A stretch of 64,000 nucleotides of DNA, from the NCBI GenBank assembly GCA_963772455.1, contig CAVYXJ010000011.1:32001-96000 (forward strand), written 5' to 3'. Position numbers and translations under genes: made by a program. The stretch's first letter is position 1. Each line of letters starts with the position of its first letter. This stretch comes from Candidatus Bathyarchaeota archaeon. GTDB taxonomy: Archaea; Thermoproteota; Bathyarchaeia; Bathyarchaeales; Bathycorpusculaceae. This document shows, piece by piece, positions 60,538 through 64,000 of the stretch. The notes beneath the pieces are model-generated. The model did no database searches, was not told the origin of the DNA, and worked only from the letters and a program-made list of their open reading frames with translations.

Positions 60538-61809
60538 TTATTGTTTTTTGGTTAGTTCTTCTAGGATTTCTTTAGCTCGGTCAACTCGAACTTTGCGTTC
60601 TTTAACCATTCGTTCTGCCACCAAATCTACCATTTGATCTTTGGCGCCTGCTGTAACGGCAATATTTCTGGCATGCAAGGACATATGACCACGTTGAATT
60701 CCTTCACTTGATAAAGCTCGCAGGGCACCTAGGTTTTGAGCCAGACCCACAGAAGCTAAAACTTCACCGAATTCGTTGGCCGATTTCACGTTAAGAATTT
60801 TCATGGCGATTCGGGCGATTGGATGCGTTTTTACTGCCCCACCGATTAATCCAACAGCCATGGGTAACTCGATTGAACCTTCTAGGTCTCCATTTTTGTT
60901 TTTAACCCATTTTGATAATGTTGTGTAAGGTCCATTGAATGCTGCGTATGCATGTCCTCCTGCTTCGATGGCTCTGTGGTCATTTCCTGTGGCTAAAACG
61001 ACAGCGATTATTCCGTTCATGGCACCTTTGTTGTGGGTGGCCGCTCGGTAAGGGTCAGCTGCAGCAAAAGCGGAAGCATAAGCTATGCCTTCTACTACTG
61101 CTTCGCCGCCTACTGCTTGTTTTGGAACTGTGCACCATGCCTTCGCGAGTCGTTTAACTGCCAAGTTGGATATTATACGCAAATAAACATGTCCACTTGT
61201 AAGCTGCTCAATCATAGGAGAAACGGCTTCAGCCATTGTGTTAACAGCGTTTGCGCCCATCGCATCTCGGCAATCCACAAACAAGTGGACGATAAGCATT
61301 TGTCCCATAGTGGTTTGGATAACTCGGGCGTCGAGGTCTTTTGCTCCGCCGCCAAACGAGTTGAGAACTGGATCTTGTTCGTTTGCTTTTTTGAGGATTT
61401 CGACTTTGGCTGCCAAAACTTGATTTTTCGCAATTTCTGCATCTTTGATTTTGACAACTTGGATTTGTCCAATCATGATTGGTGTTGTGCTACTTGTGTG
61501 GAATCCTCCACCGTCGCGAATCATCTTTGCTGCGTAGCTTGCTGCAGCGATTACGCTTGGCTCTTCAGTAGCCATTGGAATTAAGTAGTCTTTTCCGTTA
61601 ATTTGGAAGTTTACACCGATGCCCATTGGTTCGGGAAAAACGCCGATGACGTTTTCTACCATATGGTCAGCTACATCCAAGGGTAGCGAACCTGTGTTTT
61701 CGAGTAATCGAATTTCATCTTCGGTTAAACCTGCAAAATCTTTAATGATTGCTAACCGCTCTTTTGGCGGAAGCTTGTAGAAGCCTGAAATTACTGAAGA
61801 CTTAGCCAT
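60538..61809 (-). CDS. mvaA: HMG-CoA reductase, class II
   Basis: ENVIG, PMATEEPSVIAA, DAMGAN, RAATHNKG, GIQRGHMSLH. Confidence 0.95.
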   Translation of the reverse strand: MAKSSVISGFYKLPPKERLAIIKDFAGLTEDEIRLLENTGSLPLDVADHMVENVIGVFPEPMGIGVNFQINGKDYLIPMATEEPSVIAAASYAAKMIRDGGGFHTSSTTPIMIGQIQVVKIKDAEIAKNQVLAAKVEILKKANEQDPVLNSFGGGAKDLDARVIQTTMGQMLIVHLFVDCRDAMGANAVNTMAEAVSPMIEQLTSGHVYLRIISNLAVKRLAKAWCTVPKQAVGGEAVVEGIAYASAFAAADPYRAATHNKGAMNGIIAVVLATGNDHRAIEAGGHAYAAFNGPYTTLSKWVKNKNGDLEGSIELPMAVGLIGGAVKTHPIARIAMKILNVKSANEFGEVLASVGLAQNLGALRALSSEGIQRGHMSLHARNIAVTAGAKDQMVDLVAERMVKERKVRVDRAKEILEELTKKQ

Positions 61810-61885
61810 TCTCTATCACATTGCAAGTGAGTGTTTGACTTTTCGCATTTAAACTTTAACCAAGCTGATTTTCAAAACATTGTGG

Positions 61886-62905
61886 TTATAGTGTTGTTTG
61901 ACCGTTAGTTCTGGGCATTGCAATTGCTGAGATGCCTAAGCGTTTATTGATTTCTATAGCTAGAGCGTCGCCGTTGCTGCGATAATTATCGGTGATCACT
62001 TGCTTTGCTCCTGATCGTTTAACATATTCAATTAATCCGTCAAAGTCCGAGTGGTCACTTAGCGCTACTAAATGTTCTCGATCGCCTATTTGTCGACTGG
62101 GAAAGCGGAATTCCCATCCACTCAAACAGATGCGAGCATTACGCAATCCTACGTGTTGTCTTTGATTCATATGGTAAAATGCGACGCAGGGTAAGTTTTC
62201 TTCTAAAAGTTCCTGTCCTTCGTTATCAGAGGAAAGTGAAAGACAGCCTAAACGCATACCATGATGCTCACAAACTTTTGTAACTTCATAAACTCTTTCA
62301 GGCATGACAAAGGGTACCTCAACATCTGCGTCTCTTAGAAGTTGCATTGCTTCTTGCAATTTGCCATGATAACCAAAAACGTAAACTGTGCCACCTCGCA
62401 GACGTTTCTCAATCATTGAAACAAAGAGTTCACGTACATTTACATCGAAATTGCGCCTGCATGAAGGACTTCCATATGTGGCCTCAACAACTAAAACATC
62501 GCAATCCACAACTGGTGTACCGTCTAATCTGAAATCACCCGTCCAAACAATTCTGATACCTCCTGCGTCTTCAACTAAAACTTGTGCTGCACCCAAAATG
62601 TGGTCTGCTTTTATAAAACTGATTTTCTCGTCTTTGTACTTTAAGACTTTTCCGTATTCTAAGGTTTTTACTGCTGCACAATCTTTGAGTTTGAGAGATC
62701 CGTTGAGGGTTTCTGTGAGGTCTCTTGTGGCTTTAGTCATTAAAACTTTCTCGCATTTCTTTAGGCTGCTGCGTAAACCGTAGAGGTGGTCGGCGTGTGC
62801 ATGGGTTACAACTCGTAATGGTCTTGATGCGTCAAAGGCGTCGCAGGCGACATTGTCCCCTAACAAGACGGCGCCAGTTTTAGTTACTAAAGCTCTTTCA
62901 GCCAA
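61886..62905 (-). CDS. MBL-fold beta-CASP nuclease-like protein
   Basis: THAHADH, HILGA, TGD, EATYG, SDHSD; probable TTG start at 62905. Confidence 0.88.
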   Translation of the reverse strand: MAERALVTKTGAVLLGDNVACDAFDASRPLRVVTHAHADHLYGLRSSLKKCEKVLMTKATRDLTETLNGSLKLKDCAAVKTLEYGKVLKYKDEKISFIKADHILGAAQVLVEDAGGIRIVWTGDFRLDGTPVVDCDVLVVEATYGSPSCRRNFDVNVRELFVSMIEKRLRGGTVYVFGYHGKLQEAMQLLRDADVEVPFVMPERVYEVTKVCEHHGMRLGCLSLSSDNEGQELLEENLPCVAFYHMNQRQHVGLRNARICLSGWEFRFPSRQIGDREHLVALSDHSDFDGLIEYVKRSGAKQVITDNYRSNGDALAIEINKRLGISAIAMPRTNGQTTL

Positions 62906-62919
62906 ACTTTGTCTTCTCT

Positions 62920-63318
62920 TTAAGTTTTTTCTGCCAACCAATCGATGAGTTGTTCAGGATTATCAGTTTCAATATTAACTCTAATTGGGCCTAAAGGTGA
63001 TTCGGCTGATTCTTCAGAAAAAGAGATGTGTCCTACAAAAGCCACTTGTTTGTTTAGGTAGAAAGAAATCATGTTGCCTCTGATTGATTTGAAAAGCAGT
63101 CTTCTTGATGCATCGCGAATTCGATCGTTGCGAAGTAGATTACGAAGTTTGACAAGTGAATCTTGTCCTTTAGCAATGGCAGTCAATGAGCTACCTTTTA
63201 TGGAGGGCTTAATAATTATTGTTGCATTATCGAGAAAGTTGTTGACTGCCGCTTTTACATTCTCTTCGTTTTCGGTAGGGTTAATTTGAGTTTCAACAAA
63301 AACTGTTACTTCAACCAT
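62920..63318 (-). CDS. UPF0201/DUF54 family RNA-binding protein
   Basis: PTENEENVKAA, RIRDASR, LNKQVA, ESPLGPI, DWLA. Confidence 0.88.
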   Translation of the reverse strand: MVEVTVFVETQINPTENEENVKAAVNNFLDNATIIIKPSIKGSSLTAIAKGQDSLVKLRNLLRNDRIRDASRRLLFKSIRGNMISFYLNKQVAFVGHISFSEESAESPLGPIRVNIETDNPEQLIDWLAEKT

Positions 63319-63872
63319 TTCTTCTCAACCTCCTTCAATGAATCCTGTATTTTTCCTTTAACAACCTCTAAACTATTATCGTTCACTATAATCTGTTCAG
63401 CCATAGCAATTACGTTTCCTAAACCAACTGTGAGTTCACGAATATCTCGTTCATTGAATACTTTCCACTCAGTTGGGTCATCACTTCTGTGCCTTTTGGA
63501 AAGGCGATTAAAACGGATTTCGGGTGAGGCATGTATTGCTAAAAGGCTGAATTTGGAAAAATGTTCTTTGAATATGTCAGCTTCAAATAGGCTTCTTAAA
63601 CCATCTACTAGGATTTTGTTGCTTGCTTGTTCTAAAATTTTTGGGACACATTTTTGGGCGATAACAAAGTTACCTTCTTTTTGGCGCAATTCAAGCATAA
63701 CTTTCCCAACATTCTGAGGAGTCAACTCAAAGCCACGCTTAAGTGTCTCTTGCCTGACAACATCGCCCATAACCACAACAGCATAACCCAAGTCGCGAGC
63801 GGTATCAACAACCAAAGATTTTCCTGAACCAGGCATCCCAGTTAAACCAATAACTAATTTGTCAGCTTTCAC
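63306..63872 (-). CDS. UPF0200 family P-loop kinase (dephospho-CoA kinase/adenylate kinase-like)
   Basis: GMPGSGKS, MGDVVR, DGLRS, R.R.DD, RDIREL..G; probable GTG start at 63872. Confidence 0.88.
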   Translation of the reverse strand: MKADKLVIGLTGMPGSGKSLVVDTARDLGYAVVVMGDVVRQETLKRGFELTPQNVGKVMLELRQKEGNFVIAQKCVPKILEQASNKILVDGLRSLFEADIFKEHFSKFSLLAIHASPEIRFNRLSKRHRSDDPTEWKVFNERDIRELTVGLGNVIAMAEQIIVNDNSLEVVKGKIQDSLKEVEKKWLK

Positions 63873-64000
63873 GTTATCTTGACCCTTTTCGGTTGTATAG
63901 CAGGATACTTGATTAAAAAGTCTATTGCACATACTTAATACTGGTAAGTTCTTTCTTCAAAAGCATCTTCAACGTATCACTGTTAAGCTGGCTACTCAAG

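Overview
AT-rich archaeal chromosomal window, most consistent with Candidatus Bathyarchaeia (TACK). This is inferred from tiaS, archaeal AlaRS/AsnRS, Trm1, a crenarchaeal-type SSB, a C1:G72 tRNA-Tyr with BHB introns, PEF-CTERM surface proteins and a bacterial-type grpE-dnaK-dnaJ. All family assignments are by motif recognition, not database search. Most genes are housekeeping: translation, chaperones, acetate uptake/activation (satP, acs), malic enzyme, pfkA, proC, aspartate kinase and class II HMG-CoA reductase. I see no CRISPR array, rRNA or intact mobile element. Most unusual items: (1) a 24.5-31.9 kb cluster coupling a double-cubane-cluster (DCCP)-like reductase to a benzoyl-CoA-reductase BzdP/BzdQ-type heterodimeric activase, a ferredoxin, a NapH-like membrane polyferredoxin, a DsbD/CcdA-like protein and an exported CARDB protein; (2) a cell-surface module at 38.5-42.2 kb (glutaminyl cyclase, cohesin-PEF-CTERM protein, membrane-anchored wHTH regulator, dockerin-like protein, phased 10-bp repeats), where several exported proteins in the window have Gln right after the predicted signal cleavage; (3) an archaeosortase/exosortase fused to a Zn-ribbon, an EpsI-like domain and a wHTH-like tail; (4) a two-intron tRNA-Tyr; (5) an RHH-like gene with stacked palindromes leading the grpE-dnaK operon; (6) uncalled Cys-rich microproteins. 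Between about 44 and 59 kb many genes carry single-base insertions, probably sequencing errors.
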